DNA of 64,000 nt from Trueperaceae bacterium (GCA_965213925.1 OZ243927.1:32001-96000), one strand, 5' to 3'. Numbered from the stretch's first letter, positions 49,088 to 59,391 are shown. Notes: a model not told the origin generated them from the letters alone. Numbers and translations: made by a program.

Positions 49088-50193
49088 ACGAGCCGCCGGA
49101 TGAGGGAGACTGCCTCGTAAGGCGTGGCGCTGTCTTGCTCGGTAGGAACACCTTTCTCCTCTGCCAAAACGCGCAGGTGTTCAGTGTCGGGGTCGGTCAT
49201 GTCGCGCAAGATGACTAGCGCAGGCGTACGCCGCAAAAGGACGCGGGTCGCCTCGCCGATACCCGGTTTGACGAGGTTTTCGTCCTCTATCTTGTGCTCT
49301 GCTTTGAGATGATCTAAGTATTGGCGGCGATTCTTGAAGAGGTCGGGGGTGGGCTCGAGCGTCTTTATATTTGGCGTGAGGGAAGTTGCGACCTCCTCAA
49401 TCTGTTCGATAAACCAGCGGCTCCGGTCGAAGGGCGAGAGGTCATCCAATAACACGCAGCCGTGAAAGTCATCCTCTTCAATCTGCTCATTCAAAATTGA
49501 ACGGCTGACGAGCCCGCTCACGACGCCGCCCAAAATCGCACTCGGGATGAGGTAATCTTGACTAGTCGCGCTGTGCGCCGCGCTGCCGCAGAGGTCACTC
49601 ACGGCGAGAAGCTTAGTAGGAAGGTCCGTGCCGTGCGCAGCGTTGAACGCTGTGATGCTCTGCTGAAGCTCCCTAGCGATCACTCCTTTGCCCGTCCATC
49701 CATCCAGAAAATGAATTCGGTCTTCCGGGTGATGATTCAAGATAAAACGAAGGGCGTTCGCGTCAATCCCCCGGTCACGAATGATGCTTACGGAGTAATG
49801 CTGCACCGCTCGGTTAAAGCGGCTGCGCAAGAGGCGCGTCAGGGCGACGCCGACGGGCGTTCCCGCTCTCGCCAATGAAACGAGGACGACTTCGCCGCTC
49901 GGGGTAACTTCGTCCGAATAAGCCGCCAAGTCCAAGAGGTGCTGAGCAAACCGCGTCAAATTCCGCGCTATCGCCTCGTCAAAGACGCGCCAATACGCCG
50001 CGCTCGGGGCGCGTTCACGGCTTATCATCTCGCTGTAATGCTTCGCGCCGCTCTGAATGTAACGCTCTTTTTCAGCTACGGGCGTGGGCTCGAGCCTCAA
50101 CACTTTGAGCAAAAACGTCACGTCGCTCGGCGCGTAAGACCCGCTTAGTCCCCTTTGCATTTCATTTCTAAAGCCGTCAATGACCTGAGACAT
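49084..50193 (-). CDS. StiP-like protein with PELOTA-like C-terminus (Ter-associated)
   Basis: GSYAPSDVTFLL, HYSEM, SLARAGTP, DGWTGKG, KPGIGEATRVLLRR. Confidence 0.88.
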   Translation of the reverse strand: MSQVIDGFRNEMQRGLSGSYAPSDVTFLLKVLRLEPTPVAEKERYIQSGAKHYSEMISRERAPSAAYWRVFDEAIARNLTRFAQHLLDLAAYSDEVTPSGEVVLVSLARAGTPVGVALTRLLRSRFNRAVQHYSVSIIRDRGIDANALRFILNHHPEDRIHFLDGWTGKGVIARELQQSITAFNAAHGTDLPTKLLAVSDLCGSAAHSATSQDYLIPSAILGGVVSGLVSRSILNEQIEEDDFHGCVLLDDLSPFDRSRWFIEQIEEVATSLTPNIKTLEPTPDLFKNRRQYLDHLKAEHKIEDENLVKPGIGEATRVLLRRTPALVILRDMTDPDTEHLRVLAEEKGVPTEQDSATPYEAVSLIRRLV

Positions 50194-50944
50194 AATGTTC
50201 CAACCCCTCCTCTCGAATTTGCGAACGGCTGGGCAGGACCGCGTAGTCGCAACCCAGCATATAACCCAGGTCGCTCAGACTGTCGCCCAAGCCCAGCGTC
50301 ACGACCTCTTCACGCTGTTCAAAACGTTCTTTTAAGTAGGTGACTGCGTTTGCTTTACTTATCGCCTCGGGCAAAACGGCGACGTTGTTGCCGTTGGCGA
50401 TTACGCGCAACTCGGGCTCGTTCTCGAGCAACTCCTGACAGAGACGGTGCGCCTTTCCTACCGCTTCTAAGTCCGCCCGGGGATGCTTAATGACCAGATA
50501 GACCTCTTGCCCGAAGTCCCCGATGAGGCGTACACGTAAGCCTAAAGACTCGCTCTCGCTAAGGTGCTCGAGTTCTTTCACCACCTTGTTCAAGACCTCT
50601 TGCGTTTGCGCTAAGACCTCTCCGACGTGCGCCAGCCAACCCTCGTCAGGGCTGCCGTCAGCCTGCAAAACCGTGCCGCCGTGGTTGACGATTGCGCCGT
50701 GTGCGAAGCGGCATCCGCTCGGGAGCTTCACGCGAGAGAGCGCCGCCGCGTCGCGCCCCGTCGTTGGGATAACGGTGGTGGTGCTGAGGAGCCACTCGAG
50801 TAGGGTCCTCTGCGCAGGCGTCATAAAGGAGAGCGGTTCGCCCGTTTTGCTGATCGCGCCAACTTCAAGTACCGCGTCAGGCGGACACTTGCGCCGGGTT
50901 TGAAAGATCGTGTCGTCCAAATCCAAAAAGGTCAGGATGCGCAT
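50177..50944 (-). CDS. HAD phosphatase (Ter-associated)
   Basis: DLDDTIFQT, PTTGR, SK, GDSLSD. Confidence 0.88.
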   Translation of the reverse strand: MRILTFLDLDDTIFQTRRKCPPDAVLEVGAISKTGEPLSFMTPAQRTLLEWLLSTTTVIPTTGRDAAALSRVKLPSGCRFAHGAIVNHGGTVLQADGSPDEGWLAHVGEVLAQTQEVLNKVVKELEHLSESESLGLRVRLIGDFGQEVYLVIKHPRADLEAVGKAHRLCQELLENEPELRVIANGNNVAVLPEAISKANAVTYLKERFEQREEVVTLGLGDSLSDLGYMLGCDYAVLPSRSQIREEGLEHYVSGH

Positions 50945-52092
50945 AAGGTCTCCTGCACCGCTAAAGTAATAGGGATTCCACCCAGTTGTTCGGATAGGTC
51001 GTGCTCGGGGTGAATATCTGGTGTGTCGTAGAGAATGAGGACTGTGCCGTATTGACCTCTTGTGACGTTATAAAGGTAGTTAGGCGTCGTACCGTCCACC
51101 GGGTCAGCAAACCGTAAGATGCTGCCGATACTCTCCCCTTCTAAAATGGGGGAACGGGTGGTGCTCTGAAAGTAGACGGTGTAGCCGCGCTGCTCGAGGT
51201 CCAAAGCGAGGCGGTAAGGTAGATGCAAATGTTCACCTGTGCCTAAAACGAGGATGTTTTCGTCTGGAGATAGGTTCAAGGACTCGAGCATTCTACTTGC
51301 ATCCACCTCTAAAGCTGCTCGTTTACCCAAGCGCCCATACTCACGGCTCACCTCGACCATCTGACCTCTTGACTCATAGCTCAAATCGGGTGGACGAAAC
51401 GAGGGGTTCGGCTCAAAGGTGTAGCGCCCTTGCAAGAGGTTGATGCGGGTCAGCGGCGCGGGCATACTGCGCTTCACCTCTCGGGGCTCACTCAACCAAT
51501 CCGTGAGGCTGACGAGGGTGATATGTTCGACGTTCGGGTTAATCTCGGCGTAGCTTCGCGCAAGGTTCGTCAGGGTCGTTCCGGTGCTTATTTCGTCGTC
51601 AACGAGCACGAGACTTCTGGCGCTCTTAAAAATCCGCTGACTTTCCGCGTTATTCGGTCTATAAATAAGGTGTCCCGTCGCGTGTGAGTGAGGTTCCCTA
51701 AAGCTGAGGGCGACGCTCGCGTCCTCTAGCTGCGCTCTCGTCGTGTGGATGAAAAGCGCATCGTCTAAACCTCTTTCTAAGCACGCCTCGAAAACGCCTT
51801 GCCCTAACCCCGTCGCCGTCTCCGCCATCGCGATAAAGAGGATAGGCTCGGGAAGTTGTAACGCCGCAATCTTTTCTGCGAGTTTCTGGTGAGTCGCCTT
51901 CACCGTGCTCGGTGGCACGCTCAAATGCTTACCCAACACCTTGCTGACGAACAAAAAGCCGCGTTTCGGGTTCGCCCGAACTGCGAAGCCGCATAGCTCG
52001 TCCAAAGCCCAATCTTGCCGAGAAAGCTCGAGTCTCAAAACCCCACTAGGCAACCTAACCATGTGCGTATCAGCAGGAGAAATGCGGCTCAT
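50932..52092 (-). CDS. Phosphoribosyltransferase plus TRSP domain (Ter-associated)
   Basis: RANPKRGFLFVSKVLGKH, AETATGLG, EPHSHA, LVDDEISTGTT, STTRSPI. Confidence 0.88.
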   Translation of the reverse strand: MSRISPADTHMVRLPSGVLRLELSRQDWALDELCGFAVRANPKRGFLFVSKVLGKHLSVPPSTVKATHQKLAEKIAALQLPEPILFIAMAETATGLGQGVFEACLERGLDDALFIHTTRAQLEDASVALSFREPHSHATGHLIYRPNNAESQRIFKSARSLVLVDDEISTGTTLTNLARSYAEINPNVEHITLVSLTDWLSEPREVKRSMPAPLTRINLLQGRYTFEPNPSFRPPDLSYESRGQMVEVSREYGRLGKRAALEVDASRMLESLNLSPDENILVLGTGEHLHLPYRLALDLEQRGYTVYFQSTTRSPILEGESIGSILRFADPVDGTTPNYLYNVTRGQYGTVLILYDTPDIHPEHDLSEQLGGIPITLAVQETLCAS

Positions 52093-53150
52093 CCCGCAAC
52101 CTCTTGTTCAACCTCTCCCAAGGCGAGCGCCGCGCTCCCCATCGCCACGCGCAAGCCCGTGCGCGGCTGCGGCACATCATGAGGTTCACACCTGCCTGTA
52201 AGCAGTTGCAGCGCCCAGTGGTAAAAGTTCAAGCCGCTCAGCATCGCCATCGGCAAGCCGCCGGAGGCTCTCGGGTTGATCTCCAAGAGGTAAGGTACGT
52301 CCCGCTCATCATCCTTGAACTGAATGTTGTACACCCCCGTGAGCTTCAAAGTTTTTGTCAACGCCGCCGCCATCTCGACAACGTCAGGATTGTCCTCCAA
52401 CACCTGCGCGGACCCCTCCCCTTTGCGCCGCACTACACACCGGACGAGTTCGCCTTGATGCGCCAAGCAGTCCACGCTACGCTCGTCGCCAGCTAGATAT
52501 CTCATGACTAAAAACGGGGTAAATTCGCCCGTTTCCATCTCTGCTGCTGACATGAGGTCGCGCAGATGCGCAGGCGAGATGATGAGCGCGTTGCGCAAGA
52601 GGTGGCTGAGACGCACCTCGCCCAACACGCGAAAGCCGCTCGCGAAAATGCCCTCTATAGGTTTGATGCAAAGTCTACCGTTTGGGCTGTCAGGTGAATA
52701 CTCGAGTTCTTCTAGCGCCTCGTCAAGCTCGGCCGCCGTTTTGACGACGCGGTGAAGAGGTATAGGGGCTAAGTCGGGAGGCAAGGCGGCGTAGAGGGCG
52801 GCCTTGTTCTCAACGAGTTCCAACACAGCCGGCTCTGCCGCAACGAGTAGGCGCGTTCCCACCTCTTCAAATTTCGTCCGGTTCTTAGCCAGCTCGAGCT
52901 TGTGCCGTTCGGGAATCAGCACGTCTATCTGGTGGTTTCGGCGTAGATTCAACGCCCACCGGAGATACCGCTCAACCTCTTCTCTACTTTCGGAAGTTGC
53001 GTTAGGCTCGAGCACCCTCTTGTCCGCCGCACTAAGCATCACTGCGTTGGCGCGCTTGTGGCTCGCGGTGATGACGTAGTCGCCTTCAGCTTTAAGATTT
53101 TGAATAAGCTGCGCGGTGCTCGAGAAGTTGTGATTAAACCAGATATTCAC
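52089..53150 (-). CDS. ATP-grasp protein (Ter-associated)
   Basis: MNIWFN, CIKP, ERSVDCL, NIQF, LLEINPRASGG. Confidence 0.88.
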   Translation of the reverse strand: MNIWFNHNFSSTAQLIQNLKAEGDYVITASHKRANAVMLSAADKRVLEPNATSESREEVERYLRWALNLRRNHQIDVLIPERHKLELAKNRTKFEEVGTRLLVAAEPAVLELVENKAALYAALPPDLAPIPLHRVVKTAAELDEALEELEYSPDSPNGRLCIKPIEGIFASGFRVLGEVRLSHLLRNALIISPAHLRDLMSAAEMETGEFTPFLVMRYLAGDERSVDCLAHQGELVRCVVRRKGEGSAQVLEDNPDVVEMAAALTKTLKLTGVYNIQFKDDERDVPYLLEINPRASGGLPMAMLSGLNFYHWALQLLTGRCEPHDVPQPRTGLRVAMGSAALALGEVEQEVAG

Positions 53151-53236
53151 GTTGCAAACCTCTAGGTGGACGAGTTAAGGAAAGACTCTACCGTAAGCCT
53201 TTTTACATTTTCACCACTATAACGCCTTTATTCCCG

Positions 53237-54835
53237 CTATTCCCGCGAGGATTTCGGTTTCGACTTGCGGGGCGGTTCTCGGAATTGGGTGGTGCGGTAA
53301 GGCGCTAAGTCCTCAGCGAGTTGCTGGGCTAGCTCGAGCCTTTTCGGTTTCCCCGTCGTCGTGTAGGGGACCTCTTCGCCGAAAAGGACGACTTTGGGGC
53401 ATTTTGCAAAGGGAAGTTTCGTCTTTGCGTACGCCAAGACCTCCTCTTCGGTGAGCGTGACCTCTTTTTCAGGCACCACGTAGAGCGCGACCTCTTCGCC
53501 GTAATAATTATTCTCGAAGGGAAAGGCGAGCGCAAACGCCACGCCGGGAAGGTCTCTCAGCGCCTCGTCAATCTCCAAGGGCGAGAGGTTGACGCCGCCC
53601 CGGATAATGAGTTCTTTCATCCTTCCGCTCAAGAAAAAGAACGCGCGCCCCGACTCGTCTAGTTCATAGAACCCTTGGTCGCCGCTCCAGAACCAACCGT
53701 GTTTGAACGCTTTGGCGTTCGCTTCGGAATCGTCCAGATACCCCGCCATCACGCTCTCGCCGCGCACCGCGATTTCACCGGGCTCGCCGTGCGCGGCTTT
53801 TTCTCCATTCGGCTTTAGGATGGCGACCTCGTTACAAGGGAGTGCGCAGCCGACGCTCGGAAAGCCGTAGTCCACGTACCAGCGCCGCCGCGCGTCGTCC
53901 TCCAAACTCATCGGAAACTGCGTGTTGTACGCTGTCGTCTCGCTCATGCCGAAGCCGTGGCAGATGGGCACGCCGAAGCGTTTCTCAAAGCGGAGGACGG
54001 TCTCGCTCAGAAGAGGTCCCGCGCCGCACAAGAGGGTGCGCAAGTGGCTGAGGTCGTAGCGCGAAATATCCTCGTCAGCGGAGAGAAGAAATTCTAAGAG
54101 CGTCGGCACGACGGACGCGACTACCGCCTTTTCAGACGCTAAACGCCGCCAAAAGGTTTGAGGGGAAAATTGGCGGTTCAAGATGTTGCGCCCGCCCGCT
54201 AAAAAAGAGGTCAAGCCCGTCACGACTGCGCCGTTGACGTGGTGGATGGGCAACACGGTCATCACGCCGTCGCCCGCGCCTAGAGCGTGCCAGTCGGCGG
54301 TTGCCTGAGCGTTCGCAAGCAGATTCTGTTGACTGAGCAAGACGCCCTTAGGGTCGCCTGTGGTGCCCGAGGTGTAGACGAGGAAGGCACCTCTTTCGGA
54401 GGAGGTGTGGGAGGGCTCGAGCGGCTCCAAAGCGCGAACCTCTGCCAACACATTTCCTATTGGAATCACTTGAACCGGAGCGTCCAGCTCGCCCAACCAA
54501 GCTGTCTCAGCCAGCAAGACCTCACACGCCGAGCGGCGCAGGATAAACGCTTTGCGCTCTGCGCTCTCCTCCACATTCACCGGACACGCGCACGCGCCCG
54601 TGAGCCAACATGCGAAGTAGCTGAGCAAGACTTCGGGGCGGTTTTTCGACATAATCGCGACGCGCCCACCCTCATTTACACCGCGCTGCTTCAAAAACGC
54701 CGCTAAACGTAAAGCGTCCGCCGCAAACTCCCTATAAGACCACGCACTCCGCGTTCCTTCGTCATCGTAAAAGATGAGGTAAGGCGCGTCGCGAAGGCGC
54801 GCCACAACGTCTTCAAAGGTCCCTTTGAAGTTCAC
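53237..54835 (-). CDS. Acyl-CoA synthetase (ANL superfamily)
   Basis: YTSGTTGDPKG, GFGMSET, SGD, GRMKELIIRGG, TTGK. Confidence 0.92.
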   Translation of the reverse strand: MNFKGTFEDVVARLRDAPYLIFYDDEGTRSAWSYREFAADALRLAAFLKQRGVNEGGRVAIMSKNRPEVLLSYFACWLTGACACPVNVEESAERKAFILRRSACEVLLAETAWLGELDAPVQVIPIGNVLAEVRALEPLEPSHTSSERGAFLVYTSGTTGDPKGVLLSQQNLLANAQATADWHALGAGDGVMTVLPIHHVNGAVVTGLTSFLAGGRNILNRQFSPQTFWRRLASEKAVVASVVPTLLEFLLSADEDISRYDLSHLRTLLCGAGPLLSETVLRFEKRFGVPICHGFGMSETTAYNTQFPMSLEDDARRRWYVDYGFPSVGCALPCNEVAILKPNGEKAAHGEPGEIAVRGESVMAGYLDDSEANAKAFKHGWFWSGDQGFYELDESGRAFFFLSGRMKELIIRGGVNLSPLEIDEALRDLPGVAFALAFPFENNYYGEEVALYVVPEKEVTLTEEEVLAYAKTKLPFAKCPKVVLFGEEVPYTTTGKPKRLELAQQLAEDLAPYRTTQFREPPRKSKPKSSRE

Positions 54836-54840
54836 CTAAG

Positions 54841-55362
54841 CTACGAGACCAACCGAATCGTCAGCGGATACTCGTACGGCTTGCCCTCGCTCACCCGAAT
54901 CGTCGCCACGATCGTTAAAACGATCTGCAGGACAAAGAGGACGGGGATGAGCAAAAAGCCGATGAACACAACTGCTAAAAGCGCGGCGACAATGCCGTAG
55001 ATCGTCAGCGAAATTTGAAAGTTGAGCGCCTCTTTCGCCTGTTGCTCGGCGTAAGGGGACTCGTCCTTTTTGATAAGCCAGACGACGAGCGGTCCTAAAA
55101 TATTGCCGAAGGGGATGCCCAGGTAGAGCGACAAACCCGAGAGGTGCGCCGCGACTGCCCAATTGCGAGCAGTTTTGTCTGCACCGGTTGCTACATTCGC
55201 ACTTGTGGTTGGATTCGCCGCTGTACTTGTTGCCGCTGTACTGCCAGACGTATTTCCGTCTCGCGGTGTCTCTCGTGTGCCTTGCGCCGCGCCTTTCGAA
55301 AGCGCCACGCCGCTCTCGCTCACTGCGCTTTCGCTCGCTACATTCTGTTTAGAGTCGTTCAT
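54841..55362 (-). CDS. DUF4870 membrane protein
   Basis: AHLS, GPLVVWL, AKEALNFQIS, YEYPLTIR. Confidence 0.85.
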   Translation of the reverse strand: MNDSKQNVASESAVSESGVALSKGAAQGTRETPRDGNTSGSTAATSTAANPTTSANVATGADKTARNWAVAAHLSGLSLYLGIPFGNILGPLVVWLIKKDESPYAEQQAKEALNFQISLTIYGIVAALLAVVFIGFLLIPVLFVLQIVLTIVATIRVSEGKPYEYPLTIRLVS

Positions 55363-55419
55363 GGTTCTAAGGTAGCAGGTTTCTTGATGCGTAGCATCAG
55401 ACGAAAGTATGAACGGGAC

Positions 55420-55463
55420 CTCGTACAGATGCCTCTTTCAACTCGTACAAATGCCTCTTTCAA
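55420..55463. repeat. 22-bp tandem duplication in divergent promoter region
   Basis: CTCGTACAGATGCCTCTTTCAA CTCGTACAAATGCCTCTTTCAA. Confidence 0.85.
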
Positions 55464-55491
55464 ACCTAAATTGAGGCGTTATGATACGTTT

Positions 55492-56568
55492 ATGGGGCAG
55501 TTGATTAGAATGTGGCAGTATTCATATATTCGTGTGCTTTTCTTCGTCGTCGCTGCAGCTATTCTTTACTTCTTTTTAGCAGCGACCACGGCCGTTTGGG
55601 TAAGCTTTTTGATCGCTTATACGCTCGCTTATATCGCCAATCCAGTCGTGAGCAAACTCGAGCGTGTGCGGGTGCCGCGTTGGGCGGGTGTGGCGCTCAC
55701 GATGCTCTTACTCGCCGCCTTACTGAGCGTCGCGTCATTTGTTTTAGGGCGTATCGGCTTGGAGTTGACGGGCTTTGTCGAAACGTTGCCGGAGACCGCT
55801 GCGACCGTCGAGGAGCTACCCGAGCGCATCGAACGCAATTTGTCCAACGAGTGGCAACCTTTCTTTCGGCAGAGCTTTAACACATTAGAAGCTTGGGTTG
55901 GGGGTCAGGCGAGCCGGGCGGCGGGGTGGCTCGAGGCCCACAGCAGTGACCTCATCGCGGGCTTCGCTAGCTTAGTCGGCGGCATTTTCCAGTTCTTTAT
56001 CACCTTGGTCTTGACCACGTATCTGCTCTACAGCTTCCCCGACTTTAGCCATAGCTTCTATAGGCTCTTCCCGCCGAGACACCGCGAAGGCGTCAGAGAA
56101 GTCGCCTACAAGCTCGACAACGTCGTGGGAAGTTATGTGCGGGCGCAGCTCCTCGTCGCCGCGCTCGTCGGGCTCTGCGTCTGGCTCGGTCTTTGGGCGT
56201 TGGGCGTTCCGCTCCCTCTCGCCATCGGGTTTTTAGCGGGCGTCGGCAACCTCGTTCCCTTTCTAGGACCGATTTTAGCCAGCATCCCCGCGCTGCTGCT
56301 CGCCGTAGGCGAAGGTTGGGGACAAACCCTCGGGACGCTCGCCCTCTTTCTCATCGTCAACCAGGTGGACACGCACGTCTTTAGCCCGCTCATCTTGTCA
56401 AAAAGTAACCACATCCACCCTGTCACGGTGATTTTAGCGGTGCTTTTAGGGCTCAGCTTGTGGGGTATTTTAGGGGCACTTGTCGCGGTGCCTGTGGCGG
56501 CAGTTATCAAGCTCTTATACGAGGAATATTACTTGGAGAGCCGCTGGTACCGAAAGTCTAGGGCGTAA
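55492..56568 (+). CDS. AI-2E family transporter
   Basis: LAYIANP, YVRAQL, VPFLGP, HPVTVILAVLLG...GALVAVP; TATGAT 6 nt before ATG 55492. Confidence 0.9.
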   Translation: MGQLIRMWQYSYIRVLFFVVAAAILYFFLAATTAVWVSFLIAYTLAYIANPVVSKLERVRVPRWAGVALTMLLLAALLSVASFVLGRIGLELTGFVETLPETAATVEELPERIERNLSNEWQPFFRQSFNTLEAWVGGQASRAAGWLEAHSSDLIAGFASLVGGIFQFFITLVLTTYLLYSFPDFSHSFYRLFPPRHREGVREVAYKLDNVVGSYVRAQLLVAALVGLCVWLGLWALGVPLPLAIGFLAGVGNLVPFLGPILASIPALLLAVGEGWGQTLGTLALFLIVNQVDTHVFSPLILSKSNHIHPVTVILAVLLGLSLWGILGALVAVPVAAVIKLLYEEYYLESRWYRKSRA

Positions 56569-56701
56569 TACGAATTCCGATTGATTGCTGCATAAAATCT
56601 TGCAGAGTTTCTTCCGTTCCCGACGCTACGCGCTTCTGCGGAGTCAGGAGTACTTCGTGAAACTCACCTGCATCCGTATCTTTTTCAACTTGTTACATCC
56701 A

Positions 56702-56735
56702 GGTCAAATACGAAATGTTTATTTCGTATTTGACC
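56702..56735. terminator. Perfect 15-bp hairpin between convergent genes
   Basis: GGTCAAATACGAAAT-GTTT-ATTTCGTATTTGACC. Confidence 0.65.
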
Positions 56736-56745
56736 GGAAACCGTA

Positions 56746-57957
56746 TTATCGCGGGGTCTCGAGGGCGCGCAGCAGCACGGTCTCCAACTGCTTCGCCAGG
56801 TCGTCGCGGGAGAAGCGCGTCTCGGCGAGGTGCCGCGCCCGCTCGCCCGCGTGCGCTAACCACGCTTGGTCACGCAGCCTCCCTAGTAGCGTCTGCGCCG
56901 AACCCGCCACATCGTGAGGGTCTAAAACCAAGCCCGCGCCGTATTCGCTCAGGAGTTCCGCCTGCCAGCCGCCGTAGTTGATGGCGACGGGCGTCCCCGC
57001 GGCGAGCGCGTCGAAGAACTTGTTCGCGGAGTTGACCCACATCTCCTCTAAGTCGATGAAGAGCGAGGTCGCCACCGTGGTGGCGGACAGGATGGCGGGC
57101 ATGTCGGCTTTAGGCACTTTAGGGATCATGAAGAAGCTCCGGTCCAGCACGCCTAACTCGCCCGCTAGCGCGCGGACCTTCGCCTCATCCGGACCGTGAC
57201 CGATGACCAAGAAGCACACGCCGGGCGCGCGCTCTCTAAGCGCGCCCGCGAGTCGCGCCAGGTAGCCGACGCCGTTGATCGTCCCGAGCGTACCCGCGTA
57301 GAGGACGAGCGGTCTGTCCCCTAACCAAGGGTACGCCGCGCGAAACGCCGCGCCCGCCGAGGCGGGCACGCGAAAGAGGTCTAGGTCCGCGCTGTTAGGG
57401 ATCACGTGAACGCGCGCTGCCGGATAGCCTGCGCGCACTACGCCCTCTTTCATCCCTGGTGAAAGGGCGACGACCTGCGCCGCGTTGCGGTAGGCAAAAT
57501 TCTCCAGCCAGCGCGCCGCCGCGACGAGCGGCCAGCCTTTAAGCGTGCCCATCGCAACGGGCAGCTCGGGCCAGAGGTCGCGCACCTCGAAAACCATCGG
57601 GATGCGTTTGCGTTTGGCGGCGTAAACCGCGGGTAGGGCTACTGTCAGCGGGGTGCTCGTCGCGAAGACGAGGTCGCCCTCTAGCTCCGCCGCCTTACGC
57701 GCCGCGCGCCAAGCGAACCTCAAGAACGCCTGAATCCGTCCGTAGGTGCCGAGCATGTTCGAGTAGGGGACAGGAAGCCAATAGACTTGGATGCCCGCTT
57801 CTCGGCTTTCGTACGCGCCGCGCGTCGCCTCTCTGTCGGCGGTGATGAGGTGAACCTCGTGACCCCATTCCACGAGACGCCGCGCCATCTCATAGGAGCG
57901 GATGCTGCCCGCCACGGCGGGCGTGTGAAAATACTGGTGCAAGTAGATGATACGCAT
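56746..57957 (-). CDS. GT4 glycosyltransferase (WbuB-like)
   Basis: MRIIYLHQYF, FEVRDLWPE, YAGTLG, NKFFDALAAG. Confidence 0.9.
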   Translation of the reverse strand: MRIIYLHQYFHTPAVAGSIRSYEMARRLVEWGHEVHLITADREATRGAYESREAGIQVYWLPVPYSNMLGTYGRIQAFLRFAWRAARKAAELEGDLVFATSTPLTVALPAVYAAKRKRIPMVFEVRDLWPELPVAMGTLKGWPLVAAARWLENFAYRNAAQVVALSPGMKEGVVRAGYPAARVHVIPNSADLDLFRVPASAGAAFRAAYPWLGDRPLVLYAGTLGTINGVGYLARLAGALRERAPGVCFLVIGHGPDEAKVRALAGELGVLDRSFFMIPKVPKADMPAILSATTVATSLFIDLEEMWVNSANKFFDALAAGTPVAINYGGWQAELLSEYGAGLVLDPHDVAGSAQTLLGRLRDQAWLAHAGERARHLAETRFSRDDLAKQLETVLLRALETPR

Positions 57958-58113
57958 GGTGCCCCGTCCGGTCGCTTCGCTAAGCACGCCCTCTATCTCG
58001 AGCCTCGCCGCCGTTCTATAAAGGATGCTTGCCGCCGAGAAGCGCGCGACCAACGCGCGTCGGCGCAGCTAGTGGCGTGGTGGAGACTTCACACCGCCTT
58101 CAAACCAACCCGG

Positions 58114-59391
58114 TCAAGGGGAAGGGTTGGGCATATTCTCGGGCACAGTCTTGCGTTTAACCGCCGAGAAGCGCGCCTGTTTTTCGCCCACGAGCGCGCG
58201 CCACGTGTCCTTATAAAAGACCGCGAGCCTGTCGCTGTCGAAGTGGCGCTCCAGGTGTTCGTAGGCCGCTTCGGTCAGCCTCCGAGCGGAGATATCGTCG
58301 GCGAATACCTCTGCGATGTGGCGAGCAGCCTCCGCCGCGTCGCCTTGCGCCACCACGAAGCCGTGCTCGCCGTGCACGAGCAACTCTTCGATGCCGGGCG
58401 TTCGGGTCGTCACGCAGATGCAGCGGCACCCCATCGCCTCCTTGATGACGTTAGGTAGACGCTCCGCGGTGTGCTGCGACATGAGCAAAAAGACCTCGGC
58501 TTGCGCCATCTCCGCGAACACGTCCGCGTGGGCGACGTGACCGCGGAAGGTGACGGCGTGGTCGATGCCGAGCGAACGGCTGAGCGCTTCTAAGCGCTCG
58601 CGCTCGGGTCCGTCGCCGAGCACCACCAGAGTCGCGTCGGACCAGCGCTCGAGCGTCCGCTGGAACACCCTCAGCACGTCGTCCATCTTCTTAAACGAGG
58701 CGAGCCGACCCGCCGTGACGATGCGCCTCTCTACTTTGCGCTGCCAGTCCACCTGTTCGAAGCGCGCCAGCTTGACGCCTCTATAGGCGACGTGGATGAG
58801 ACCTTCCTCGACCCCGAGCTGCTTGATCTCTTCGACGTTCGCTTGCGTGTGCGTCCAGACGATGTCGGCTTGGCGGGCTACGGGCGCACTGCCGCCGTAA
58901 GCTGTTTTGAGGTCGTACGCACCTAAAAAAACCGAGCTGACGATCTCCGGGTGGTGCGCCTGAACGAGGTACGCGAACATCGCGGGGTAGTGACCCCAAA
59001 AGAGGTGAACGACGTCGGGTTTGTCCCGCTCGAGCTGGCCGAAAAGCTGCAGGGAGCGCGGCACGAGCAAGGCGCTCTTGACGAGTTGCTCCAAGCGCTT
59101 GTCACGCTCCGCGCTGCCGAGACTACGACGGGCAATCCAAATGAGCAGCCGAAAGGCGAGGCTGGGCTTTCTAAGCATCATCACCAAACCGCCGAGCATG
59201 GCCCTTGCACTGCTCTGCGTTATCGGCACGTCCGCCAGGTGCCGCGCGGTCAACTCGGGCGCGGCGGGCTGCGCGAAGCGCAGCGAATGAACGGAGACGT
59301 CGACGTCGGCGTCTTTCAGCGTGCGCACGTCGTTGATTGCAAAGGTCTCTGCTAGGATGGGGAAATTCATGGTGACAAACCAAACCTTCAT
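58114..59391 (-). CDS. GT4 glycosyltransferase
   Basis: ETF, AGRL..KK, GDGPER, ERLPNVIKEAMG. Confidence 0.9.
   Translation of the reverse strand: MKVWFVTMNFPILAETFAINDVRTLKDADVDVSVHSLRFAQPAAPELTARHLADVPITQSSARAMLGGLVMMLRKPSLAFRLLIWIARRSLGSAERDKRLEQLVKSALLVPRSLQLFGQLERDKPDVVHLFWGHYPAMFAYLVQAHHPEIVSSVFLGAYDLKTAYGGSAPVARQADIVWTHTQANVEEIKQLGVEEGLIHVAYRGVKLARFEQVDWQRKVERRIVTAGRLASFKKMDDVLRVFQRTLERWSDATLVVLGDGPERERLEALSRSLGIDHAVTFRGHVAHADVFAEMAQAEVFLLMSQHTAERLPNVIKEAMGCRCICVTTRTPGIEELLVHGEHGFVVAQGDAAEAARHIAEVFADDISARRLTEAAYEHLERHFDSDRLAVFYKDTWRALVGEKQARFSAVKRKTVPENMPNPSP

Noticed and set aside
55144..55491. N-terminal extension of the AI-2E ORF
   Set aside because: Overlaps DUF4870 on the other strand; a -10 box supports the start at 55492. 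Track extensions at 24635, 58053, 22820 and 11576 were trimmed for similar reasons.
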